From the NCBI GenBank assembly GCA_964447905.1, contig CAYUUK010000007.1, positions 513 through 64,512 on the forward strand: a DNA stretch of 64,000 bases. Reading direction: 5' to 3'. The notes below the pieces were generated by a model. It saw only the letters and a list, made by a program, of their open reading frames with translations, did not search any database and was not told the DNA's origin. The stretch's first letter is position 1; each line of letters begins with the position of its first letter. Positions 29,744 to 37,686 of this stretch are shown piece by piece. This DNA is from an uncultured Pseudomonadales bacterium (GTDB lineage: Bacteria; Patescibacteriota; Microgenomatia; UBA1400; UBA1396). The translations under genes were made by a program, and so were the position numbers.

Positions 29744-30292
29744 ATGCCGATGCGATCAACCACGCCCGCTTTAGTGCTTCGCACTCGTGATTATGGTGAA
29801 AAGGATCGCTGGGTGACCCTCTTGACCCCGGAAGACGGACGCGTCGATGTCCTTGCCAAAGGTGTACGCTCGCTCACGTCGAAGCGCCGATCAGCCCTGC
29901 AGGCGGGAAACTTGATTCGTTGCTCATGGACCAGCAAAGGGCAGTCCGATTTTCACATCCTCACTGAGACGACCTACGAAGAAAGCTTGTTTCAAATTAC
30001 CGGTTCCTTGGACCGCGTGCGCGACTTTACTGCTGTGTTGGAAATCGTCCACTACCTCGCTCTCGAAGCGTTTGAGCAGGAAGAGTATGCTGCCTCGGCC
30101 ATACAGGTGTTGCGGTACGTGGGACAGGCCAGCGAGTACAACCGAGCTGTAGTGCGCAAATTGTTGATGCAGTTGGCCGAGATGCAGGGCGTCGTAGCCG
30201 AGCACCAACAGCGCGACCAGATGTCGGCGAGTGATGTGCTGGAGTCGGTTTTGGGGCGAAAAATCCGCAGTTTTGCGTATTTTCGGGTGTAA
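29744..30292 (+). CDS. recO: DNA repair protein RecO (short form)
   Basis: ALVLRTRDYGEKDRWVTLLT..GRVDVLAKGVR; lies upstream of glyS. Confidence 0.85.
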   Translation: MPMRSTTPALVLRTRDYGEKDRWVTLLTPEDGRVDVLAKGVRSLTSKRRSALQAGNLIRCSWTSKGQSDFHILTETTYEESLFQITGSLDRVRDFTAVLEIVHYLALEAFEQEEYAASAIQVLRYVGQASEYNRAVVRKLLMQLAEMQGVVAEHQQRDQMSASDVLESVLGRKIRSFAYFRV

Positions 30293-30337
30293 TAATAGGC
30301 ATTTCGTTTACTAGAGTATTGAGTATAATAGGCGTCT

Positions 30338-30496
30338 ATGGGATGGTACGTAAAAGTAGAAACAACAAAATACGAAGTGGATGAGCAGTATAGTTCCTAT
30401 ACTGAGCCCCAACGAGCGATTGAGGATGTTTTGCACAATAAAATGCGTTGGCTCGTGGGAAAAGAAATTAAAGAAATCACTGCCCGCAAGAGCTAA
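30338..30496 (+). CDS. Small hypothetical protein (52 aa), absent from the ORF track
   Basis: MGWYVKVETTKYEVDEQ...EITARKS*; TATAAT at 30324-30329, 8 nt before the ATG. Confidence 0.5.
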   Translation: MGWYVKVETTKYEVDEQYSSYTEPQRAIEDVLHNKMRWLVGKEIKEITARKS

Positions 30497-30503
30497 TTTC
30501 GCG

Positions 30504-30512
30504 TGTTATAAT
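30504..30512 (+). promoter_or_regulatory. Extended -10 promoter of the glyS leader
   Basis: TGtTATAAT immediately upstream of the T-box Stem I. Confidence 0.7.
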
Positions 30513-30518
30513 TTGAAA

Positions 30519-30664
30519 GCTATCGTGCGACGATGATCGGAGTGGCGCCCAGGAGTCAAGATCGATAGTCCAAGAGGTGGTGAGCACAGCTCACAAGCCG
30601 GGTGGAACCGCGACTCATGTTTTTATAAATGAGCCATCCCAGCAAGAGAAGGGACGGTTTTTTT
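30519..30664 (+). promoter_or_regulatory. Glycine T-box riboswitch (transcriptional, very short)
   Basis: T-box sequence AAGCCGGGTGGAACCGCG (30595-30612), Stem III GTGAGC-aca-GCTCAC (30580-30594), GGC at 30544-30546 and a terminator, all upstream of GlyRS. Confidence 0.85.
30634..30664 (+). terminator. Intrinsic terminator of the T-box leader
   Basis: CCATCCC-loop-GGGACGG (one mismatch) followed by T7. Confidence 0.75.
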
Positions 30665-30768
30665 GTATCCACAATCAGCCGTTTCAGAACTATAAGGAAA
30701 AAGGATCCACCTTTTCGAAGGCAGCAGCCTTCAGAAAGGAAGATCCTTTTAGATCAAGAAAGGACACC

Positions 30769-32166
30769 ATGGCAGCAGCTGATATGGACACCATCGTTTC
30801 CCTCGCCAAGCGGCGCGGGTTTATTTTCCCATCCTCCGAGATCTACGGCGGTTTGGCGAACACGTACGAGTATGGTCCCGTTGGTGTTGAACTCAAGAAA
30901 AATATTATTGATGCTTGGTGGAAAACCTTTATTCGTCAGCGCGAAGACATGGTCGGAATCGATACCTCGATTATTTTGCACCCCAAAGTGTGGGAAGCCT
31001 CTGGTCACGTCGGTGGATTTTCTGATGCGTTAGTAGACTGCCGCAACTGTCAGTATCGCAAGCGTGCTGACCACCTGATTGAAGAGCACTTTGCTGCCAA
31101 GGGTCAGGAAGACGTGCCAGTAGAAGGAAAGTCAGACGAAGAACTCGATGCCATGATTCAGGAAGAGCATATTGTGTGTCCGAACTGTGGCAAATTTGAG
31201 TGGACTCCGGTTCGTAAATTCAACTTATTATTCGAAACCTCGATTGGAATTGTGCCGGAATCAGAATCGAAAGCCTATCTGCGTGGTGAAACGGCCCAAG
31301 GTATTTTTGTGTCGTTCAAAAACGTCATGGACTCTTCCCGCGTCAAATTGCCGTTTGGTATTGGACAAGTGGGGAAAAGTTTCCGTAACGAAATTACGCT
31401 GGGAAACTTTATTTTCCGTACCATGGAGTTTGAGCAGGGAGAGATTGAGTACTTCTTCGATTCGGAACAAGAGAACTGGAAAGAGCTGTTCGAGAACTGG
31501 CAAAACGACATGTGGGCTTTCGTCACCGAAACGCTCGGCATCGATCCCGAAAAACTCCGCTGGCGTGAGCATACCGATGAAGAACGGAGTTTCTACAGCG
31601 AGCGTACCGTGGACTTAGACTACCAATTCCCATTTGGGTTCAAGGAACTCTGGGGCCTCGCTTATCGCACTGACTATGACCTCACTCAGCACATGGAGCA
31701 CTCCGGTAAAGATATCCGCGTGGTGGATAGCAGTACTGGTCGAAAGTTTACTCCGCACGTTATTGAGCCTGCGGTAGGATTGAACCGCTTGCTGCTTATG
31801 ACGCTGGTTGACGCCTACTGGGAAGACACCGAGAAAAATCGCACGGTTTTGAAGCTGAAACCGGCTTTGGCCCCAAATAAGGTGGCGGTATTTCCATTGC
31901 TCAAAAACAAGCCAGAATTGGTCGAAAAAGCCCGCGAAATTTTCCGCGAATTGAGCGCTGACTACGCTGTAGCCTGGGATGACCGTGGAAATATCGGAAA
32001 GCGCTATCTGGCTCAAGATGAAATCGGAACTCCCGTGTGTTTGACAATTGATTTCCAAACGCTGGAAGACGACACCGTCACTTGGCGCGATCGCGATACA
32101 GCGGAGCAGGTACGTGTGCCGGTGTCTGAAGTGGCCGGGAAACTGCGCGCGCTGTTACTCGAGTAA
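30769..32166 (+). CDS. glyS: Glycine--tRNA ligase, alpha2 homodimeric type
   Basis: KRRGFIFPSSEIYGG, VWEASGH, YLRGETAQG, GKSFRNEI, EFEQGEIE, PHVIEP; AAGGA SD before ATG 30769. Confidence 0.95.
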   Translation: MAAADMDTIVSLAKRRGFIFPSSEIYGGLANTYEYGPVGVELKKNIIDAWWKTFIRQREDMVGIDTSIILHPKVWEASGHVGGFSDALVDCRNCQYRKRADHLIEEHFAAKGQEDVPVEGKSDEELDAMIQEEHIVCPNCGKFEWTPVRKFNLLFETSIGIVPESESKAYLRGETAQGIFVSFKNVMDSSRVKLPFGIGQVGKSFRNEITLGNFIFRTMEFEQGEIEYFFDSEQENWKELFENWQNDMWAFVTETLGIDPEKLRWREHTDEERSFYSERTVDLDYQFPFGFKELWGLAYRTDYDLTQHMEHSGKDIRVVDSSTGRKFTPHVIEPAVGLNRLLLMTLVDAYWEDTEKNRTVLKLKPALAPNKVAVFPLLKNKPELVEKAREIFRELSADYAVAWDDRGNIGKRYLAQDEIGTPVCLTIDFQTLEDDTVTWRDRDTAEQVRVPVSEVAGKLRALLLE

Positions 32167-32219
32167 GCCTGGTGACTTCGGTTGGCGGATCTGGCAAAAT
32201 CTGCTACGATGATTCGGCT

Positions 32220-33077
32220 ATGAAGAAGACTTGGATTATCCTCGGAATAATTGTGCTCCTATTATTGGGAGGTGGTGCTTTTGCAGCCATGCGTTTTATG
32301 CAGGCTCCTGCAGAAGAGACCAGCACGGCTCGACCCACTCCACCACCAGAACAGGTCAATATTATTCCGGTGAGTGAACGTCCGTATGCACAGTTGATTC
32401 CATCGGCCAATGGTCGCAATCTCACTTTGGTGATCGGCGAGCTTAAGAAGCTTGCCGCCGAAGGCGAGTATGAGCTTGAGTATCAGTCTGGCAATTTGCT
32501 TCAAGGAGCCTTTGGAATTGTTGATGTTGACCAACTTCCTGGTAAAGAACTCGATATTTTGCTTGGTAGTTGTAGCGCCGGTGGAAAATGTTCCTACCAC
32601 GAGGATGTGACCGGTGGTAGTCTCCTCTTGCGTTTTGAAGATCCAGAAAAATATGTGCTCAAAAATGACTGGGCCTTTATCGAAAACACTGACGGTGCAT
32701 CTACTTTTTCTTCTCGTGATGCCGAGTTTGTTTTGACCGGCGACTCTCTCGAGAATGTTGAGTACGCTGTTATTTTGCAAACCCCTGGCTTACCAGAAGA
32801 AGTAGAAGCCGACTTGTTGTCAGAACCGTATGCGGTCAGTTTAGCCACAAGTGCTCGTGGTCCATTTGCCGTGAGTATCCGCATGACCGAGGCGTCCCCA
32901 GATGCTGAAATTTGGGCCTGGGATGGCACAGCCTGGGAGCCACTCGAAACAACTGTCGAAGAAAAAATGGCTACTGCTGAGCTGGAAACTTTGGCCGATG
33001 CCTATGTTGTGGTACGAACTCAGACAGAGTCGGACACAGGCGAAGTACCTTCAGAAGAAGTGACGGAGCTAGAGTAA
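32220..33077 (+). CDS. Membrane-anchored extracytoplasmic hypothetical protein
   Basis: N-terminal signal anchor MKKTWIILGII; LLGSCSAGGKCSY disulfide motif. Confidence 0.7.
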   Translation: MKKTWIILGIIVLLLLGGGAFAAMRFMQAPAEETSTARPTPPPEQVNIIPVSERPYAQLIPSANGRNLTLVIGELKKLAAEGEYELEYQSGNLLQGAFGIVDVDQLPGKELDILLGSCSAGGKCSYHEDVTGGSLLLRFEDPEKYVLKNDWAFIENTDGASTFSSRDAEFVLTGDSLENVEYAVILQTPGLPEEVEADLLSEPYAVSLATSARGPFAVSIRMTEASPDAEIWAWDGTAWEPLETTVEEKMATAELETLADAYVVVRTQTESDTGEVPSEEVTELE

Positions 33078-33093
33078 ACAGTCAAAGATAGGC

Positions 33094-34305
33094 ATGTGGA
33101 AATTTCTGCGCAATAAACTGAACCTTCGCAACGAAAAAGAACTTGTTGAGAAGGATACCGGTTCGCAGAGTTACTACATTTTGCTCTCCATTGCTGCATT
33201 TATCGCCACACTTGGCGTGCTTATAGATAACGCAACAGTCATTATTGGTGCAATGTTAATTGCGCCACTCATGGTGCCGATTATGGCGCTTGCTGTCTCC
33301 ATTGCCCGGGGTGAGACTGAAAATATCATTAACTCACTCGGTAATCTTTCTATGAGTATTTTGGTGGTTGTCTTGTTAGCGGTAATTACCAGTAAAGTGT
33401 TGCCGGTAGCAGAAATTCCTGAGCAAGCACTCCTGCGGGCACAACCCAATATCGTCGATTTACTCATTGCAATTGCTTCTGGTGCAGTTGGTATGTATGC
33501 CTATTTGCACCGTGATGTGCCGGAATCTTTGGCTGGTGTCGCTATTTCGGTGTCACTCGTGCCACCTTTGACCGTAGTGGGAATCGGATTTGCTATTGGT
33601 GCCTATCTTTTGTCTCTGGGTGCAACAGTTTTGTTTTTCACTAACGTGGTGGCTATTTTGTGTGCAGCAGTTGTGGTGCTGTTTTTGCATGGCAAATCAG
33701 CTCGCCAGACTGGCTCGGAAGAGGAACGCGATGTAGCTTTGGCAAGCAGTGGTATAACGCTCGCTATCGCTGTTATCCTAGGAATTTTATTAAGTGGAGC
33801 ATTCCTCCAAGTGTATAGGGAAGAACAACGAAAAGTGATTGTAAGAGAAACACTCACTCCGCTGGTTGAAGAAATTGGTGGCACTATCACTGAGTTGGAT
33901 ACGACCATGGGATCAGGACAAGTGTTGGTTGATGCGATTGTACGAGTGCCAGAGAAAGTCGAGTCTCTTGATGTAGAGCGGATGAATAATGCCTTGGTGT
34001 ATGCTCTGGAGAATTCGGTAGATTTACAAATCTCTCTCGTGCGTATTCAACAAGCCACACGCGAACTGGCGGAAGATGTGCAAGAGAAGATTCAGGAAAT
34101 AAAAGACAAGACGCAAACGGAGTCTTTGCAAGAGCTTGAGGAAAGCTCAGATGGAGAAGGTGAGCTGATTGAGTTGTTGAGCTCTACGCCGTCCGCTCGC
34201 ATGCAGATGGAGGATGCCTCAGATTCTGGAGAAGTATCAGAAAGTTCTGCGAGTGCTACCGCTTCTGAGTCGGCGGAAACGACTGATCCGAGTCCCGTCG
34301 AGTAA
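33094..34305 (+). CDS. DUF389/TIGR00341 family membrane protein
   Basis: IATLGV..VIIGAMLIAPLM, DLLIAIASG, LAGVAISVSLVPPL. Confidence 0.85.
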   Translation: MWKFLRNKLNLRNEKELVEKDTGSQSYYILLSIAAFIATLGVLIDNATVIIGAMLIAPLMVPIMALAVSIARGETENIINSLGNLSMSILVVVLLAVITSKVLPVAEIPEQALLRAQPNIVDLLIAIASGAVGMYAYLHRDVPESLAGVAISVSLVPPLTVVGIGFAIGAYLLSLGATVLFFTNVVAILCAAVVVLFLHGKSARQTGSEEERDVALASSGITLAIAVILGILLSGAFLQVYREEQRKVIVRETLTPLVEEIGGTITELDTTMGSGQVLVDAIVRVPEKVESLDVERMNNALVYALENSVDLQISLVRIQQATRELAEDVQEKIQEIKDKTQTESLQELEESSDGEGELIELLSSTPSARMQMEDASDSGEVSESSASATASESAETTDPSPVE

Positions 34306-34368
34306 TCCAGTATTTCTGATATAATAACTTTCTGGTTTTGAGTACCTCGTATGTACTCGAAAATCGGT

Positions 34369-34441
34369 GCCACCTTAGCTCAGTTGGTAGAGCGGCGCTT
34401 TTGTAAAGCGTAGGTCGTGGGTTCGAGTCCCACAGGTGGCT
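34369..34441 (+). tRNA. tRNA-Thr(TGT), CCA not encoded
   Basis: Acceptor stem GCCACCT/AGGTGGC, D arm AGCTCAGTTGGTAGAGC, anticodon loop TTTGTAA, T loop TTCGAGT. Confidence 0.95.
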
Positions 34442-34547
34442 CTCTGAGAAAGAAATTCCAAGGCGCGGTTGGGGACCCCGCCGCCGCATGTGGTTTTTAC
34501 CACATGCTCTGGCACCCCAAAGCACCTCGTAATTCCTTGCTCAGAGA
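34441..34547. other. Long imperfect hairpin (~107 nt) directly 3' of tRNA-Thr
   Basis: Nested pairings TCTCTGAG/CTCAGAGA, AATT/AATT, AGG/CCT, TTGGGG/CCCCAA, GCC/GGC and GCATGTGGT-TTTT-ACCACATGC. Confidence 0.65.
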
Positions 34548-34617
34548 ACTAAAAATATTCCTACTTTAGAGTCAAGTGAGATATGATACAATATCTCCTC
34601 TGTAAGGAAAGATAATT

Positions 34618-34806
34618 ATGGCAAAAAAGAAAAAAGGACCACGCGGCATTGTTGCTATGCGCTCCACTGCTAGCGGTCACAGTTACTACACCACTCGTAA
34701 TAAGCGAAACCGTCAGGAAAAAGGTCAAGGCAAACTTGAACTTCGTAAATACGATCCTCTGACGAAGCAACACGAGACCTACAAAGAAGACGCCAAGCTA
34801 AAGTAA
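34618..34806 (+). CDS. rpmG: 50S ribosomal protein L33 (no Cys, Zn-free type)
   Basis: [30 protein letters not shown]; TGaTACAAT promoter and AAGGA SD. Confidence 0.9.
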   Translation: MAKKKKGPRGIVAMRSTASGHSYYTTRNKRNRQEKGQGKLELRKYDPLTKQHETYKEDAKLK

Positions 34807-34892
34807 GCTCGGTCTTTTCTTTTTTCTTACCTCTGTACTCTTTTCCTCTGGCTTGTACTGTTTTCGGGAAACATATACACTAATACCAGTGT

Positions 34893-35987
34893 ATGCGTGC
34901 CCGGCTCATTAGTGTATTTTTTATTATTTTCCTTTTTTTTGGTGTGAACGCATCGTTTGTTTCTGCACAAGTTTTAACTGGGCGCTGTCTTGATAACTCA
35001 ATTGCGGCTACAGAAAATCACTTTGGCTGTAGTTTGCAGGGTGGTGGACTCGGTTCCACGCAAACACCGCGGTGGTCGTATGACGCCACAGATGATTTTG
35101 CTTGTAATGAAGGATTTGACGTAGATTTTGCTGCCTGTTCCGGAACCGCTCCTGTGTGTGGGGTAGGAGAGGAAAACTGCTGTTTGCCGTGTGCTCCAGA
35201 AGTGACCGAGGAGAGTGTTGGTCACGGAGGTTCCTGTGCGAATGGAGAAACCTGTGACTCGAATGCCTTACTCGTATGTCGAGCAGACCAGTGTTTGCGG
35301 AGGGTGGACTCTGTTTCCTTAGGTGGTGTTTGTTTTGATCAAAGTGAGTGTGGGATAGATTCTGGTCGGCCTTTAGTATGTGAAGAAGGACAGTGCCGCT
35401 TGCCAGCGGATGAGTTTGATCCCTGTACTGATGACGCCTTTTGCCAAGCTGAAACCGGCAATGCGCTCGCTGTTTGTAACCCGGTGAGCGGAACGTGTGT
35501 GGTATCGGTGTGTGAGTCGAATGCACAGTGTCGACAGGCATTGGGTGATGAAAACGCGATATGTAATGAGGCCACAGGGGCTTGTGTTATCAATGACAGT
35601 GAAGTTGCTGTAGAGGAAGAAGTGATTGATTTTAGTTACTGTTTGCAAGTGCCTGATGGGAATCAGCGCCGCAGCTGTGAGCAGTGTATTGAGCAAGGCG
35701 AAGAAGGTGAGTATGCTTACACGGCGGTGGGTTGTGTCCGCACCAATGGTCAAGGACTGACGGAAGACTTAGTTCGTTTACTCATGGGTGTTTCTGGCGG
35801 TGTAGCTATCATGAGTGACCTGGCAGGTGCATTTCTCCTCTCGGTTTCACGCGGTGACTCCTCGAAGGTAAAGGAAGCAAAAGACCTTATTACTGCTTCT
35901 ACTAGTGGACTCTTTTTCATTATTTTCTCGATATTCATTCTGCAGTTTGTGGGCGTATCCATTTTGCAAATACCTGGACTGGGATAA
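34893..35987 (+). CDS. Cys-rich secreted protein with a C-terminal VirB2/TrbC-like CPR pilin domain
   Basis: Signal peptide, many short Cys motifs, then YTAVGC..MGVSGGVA..SRGDSSKVKEAKDLITA..GLFFIIFS. Confidence 0.75.
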   Translation: MRARLISVFFIIFLFFGVNASFVSAQVLTGRCLDNSIAATENHFGCSLQGGGLGSTQTPRWSYDATDDFACNEGFDVDFAACSGTAPVCGVGEENCCLPCAPEVTEESVGHGGSCANGETCDSNALLVCRADQCLRRVDSVSLGGVCFDQSECGIDSGRPLVCEEGQCRLPADEFDPCTDDAFCQAETGNALAVCNPVSGTCVVSVCESNAQCRQALGDENAICNEATGACVINDSEVAVEEEVIDFSYCLQVPDGNQRRSCEQCIEQGEEGEYAYTAVGCVRTNGQGLTEDLVRLLMGVSGGVAIMSDLAGAFLLSVSRGDSSKVKEAKDLITASTSGLFFIIFSIFILQFVGVSILQIPGLG

Positions 35988-36036
35988 GAAAACGTCACAT
36001 TTTTTCTCTGCTCGAAGCCTGCTATAGTGATAAGAG

Positions 36037-37659
36037 ATGCGTTTTCTGGGAACCCTCCTTGTTGGTATTGTACTGAGCAGTCTGTTTGCTCCACTCGTTT
36101 GGGCCCAGAATGGCTGTGCTGTGCCTGGTATTACTGGTTTTGAGCAGAGCCAAGCGCCCAATGGCGATTACGACCTTTTTACTTTCACCGGGTGTGTTCC
36201 CAACAGTTCGTATGACGATTTTGTTATCTCATTTTTCGATGCTTCCAATATTATGCTGCAAGAGAATATTGAGTTTACTCCCAGTATTGGTCCCGACGGA
36301 TCGTTTCGAGTAGAGCTCGATGCTTCTTTCCCAGAAGGAACGACCATGAACTACCAGCTCATTGTTGACGGCCAGCAGATTGGGAGTCTGGGATCTGTGT
36401 ACGTTGACTATACATTTGTAGAAGCTGAGGTAGTGAATCCGGCCTGTTCCGAAACACAAGAGTGTACTACAGCAGATGGTCAGCCCGGCTCAATGGAGTG
36501 TAGCGGAGAGCAAATAAATGGAGCGTGTGAACTGCAGAGTTGCGGAACCTGTATATCCGTAGCCGATCCAGTGCAGGAAGAGGATGTGCGCGAAGCGATG
36601 CCAGTAACGGTGCCAGAAAACGATGGCGAACCGGATATTTCCCAACAAGATCCCGATGCGGATATTATTGATTTTAGTTACTGTTTACAGGTGCCAGACG
36701 GGACTCAGCGCAGCAACTGTGAGCAGTGCATTAGCCAGGGTGAAGATGGCGAGTATGTGTATACAGCGGTGGGGTGTGTGCGTACCGCTGGCGCTGGTCT
36801 CACGAGAGATTTAGTTCGGCTGATGATGGGCGCGGTTGGTGGTGTTGCCATAATGAGCATCTTGGCCGGTGCATTCTTTTTAAGCATTTCGAGGGGAGAC
36901 TCCTCCAAAGTGAAAGAAGCCAAAGAGCTTATAACGGCGGCGGTTTCTGGTTTGTTCTTCATAATTTTCTCGATATTTATTCTTCAATTTGTAGGAGTGT
37001 CCATTTTGCAGATACCTGGTTTGGGTGGTAGTGGCGGACAGGGTGCGGTTCGACCAGTTTTTGATGATCCGAATATTCAAGGTGGGGGGCAAATTGGCGG
37101 AGGCAATCCGGCCGAGCCTGTGGCCGAAAATCCACCCGCAGTTCCAGCGGAGCCACAAGACACTGAGTGGCAACCAGAAGATGTGCAGTGGAGCACCAGT
37201 GTGGCGGATGACGGTTTTGTCGAGGTGTGTATTACCTATCCTCAGGCAGGTGTAGCTGACAACACGATTGGTGTGCGAGCAACTCCGTCTGTCTCGGGGT
37301 CTTCGTATCCGGTGTTTGAGTGGAGTTTGGGTGCGGCGCAAAAAGTGGCTGGCGAGCGGTATCGCCAGTGTGGTTCAGTTAATATCGAGTCGTACGCTGC
37401 AGAAGTTGTGGAGAATATCTATGAAAATCAGTTTGGATCGAGTCAGTCATTCCAAGGTGGTGTGATCGATGGTGGGCAGTTTAGTTACTCTGTTGGCGTG
37501 AGTCAAGTAGGAGCGGCTGATCCGAATGTCTCCGCTGCTGAGCGTGAGGCGTTTTTGAATGCTCTCCAGTCGCAAAACGCGCTCTTGCGAGTGGAGTATG
37601 CAGTAAATGGACAAACGTATACTGATTTTTCCATTCCGTTTGTAGGGATTGGTGGATAA
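36037..37659 (+). CDS. Paralogous pilin-domain protein with N- and C-terminal extra domains
   Basis: Signal peptide; an internal ~120-aa block closely similar to the C-terminus of 34893..35987. Confidence 0.75.
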   Translation: MRFLGTLLVGIVLSSLFAPLVWAQNGCAVPGITGFEQSQAPNGDYDLFTFTGCVPNSSYDDFVISFFDASNIMLQENIEFTPSIGPDGSFRVELDASFPEGTTMNYQLIVDGQQIGSLGSVYVDYTFVEAEVVNPACSETQECTTADGQPGSMECSGEQINGACELQSCGTCISVADPVQEEDVREAMPVTVPENDGEPDISQQDPDADIIDFSYCLQVPDGTQRSNCEQCISQGEDGEYVYTAVGCVRTAGAGLTRDLVRLMMGAVGGVAIMSILAGAFFLSISRGDSSKVKEAKELITAAVSGLFFIIFSIFILQFVGVSILQIPGLGGSGGQGAVRPVFDDPNIQGGGQIGGGNPAEPVAENPPAVPAEPQDTEWQPEDVQWSTSVADDGFVEVCITYPQAGVADNTIGVRATPSVSGSSYPVFEWSLGAAQKVAGERYRQCGSVNIESYAAEVVENIYENQFGSSQSFQGGVIDGGQFSYSVGVSQVGAADPNVSAAEREAFLNALQSQNALLRVEYAVNGQTYTDFSIPFVGIGG

Positions 37660-37686
37660 GCGCTGGTTGCAGAAAGAGTCAGAGAG

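Noticed and set aside
30577-30768. N-terminal extension of GlyRS in the ORF track
   Set aside because: It runs through the T-box and terminator; the SD and homology start at 30769.
34369-34547. tRNA-Thr as an island integration site; downstream hairpin as SRP RNA or terminator
   Set aside because: No duplicated tRNA 3' end seen and rpmG follows directly. The hairpin lacks the SRP GNRA loop with AGCAG motif and has no U-tract.
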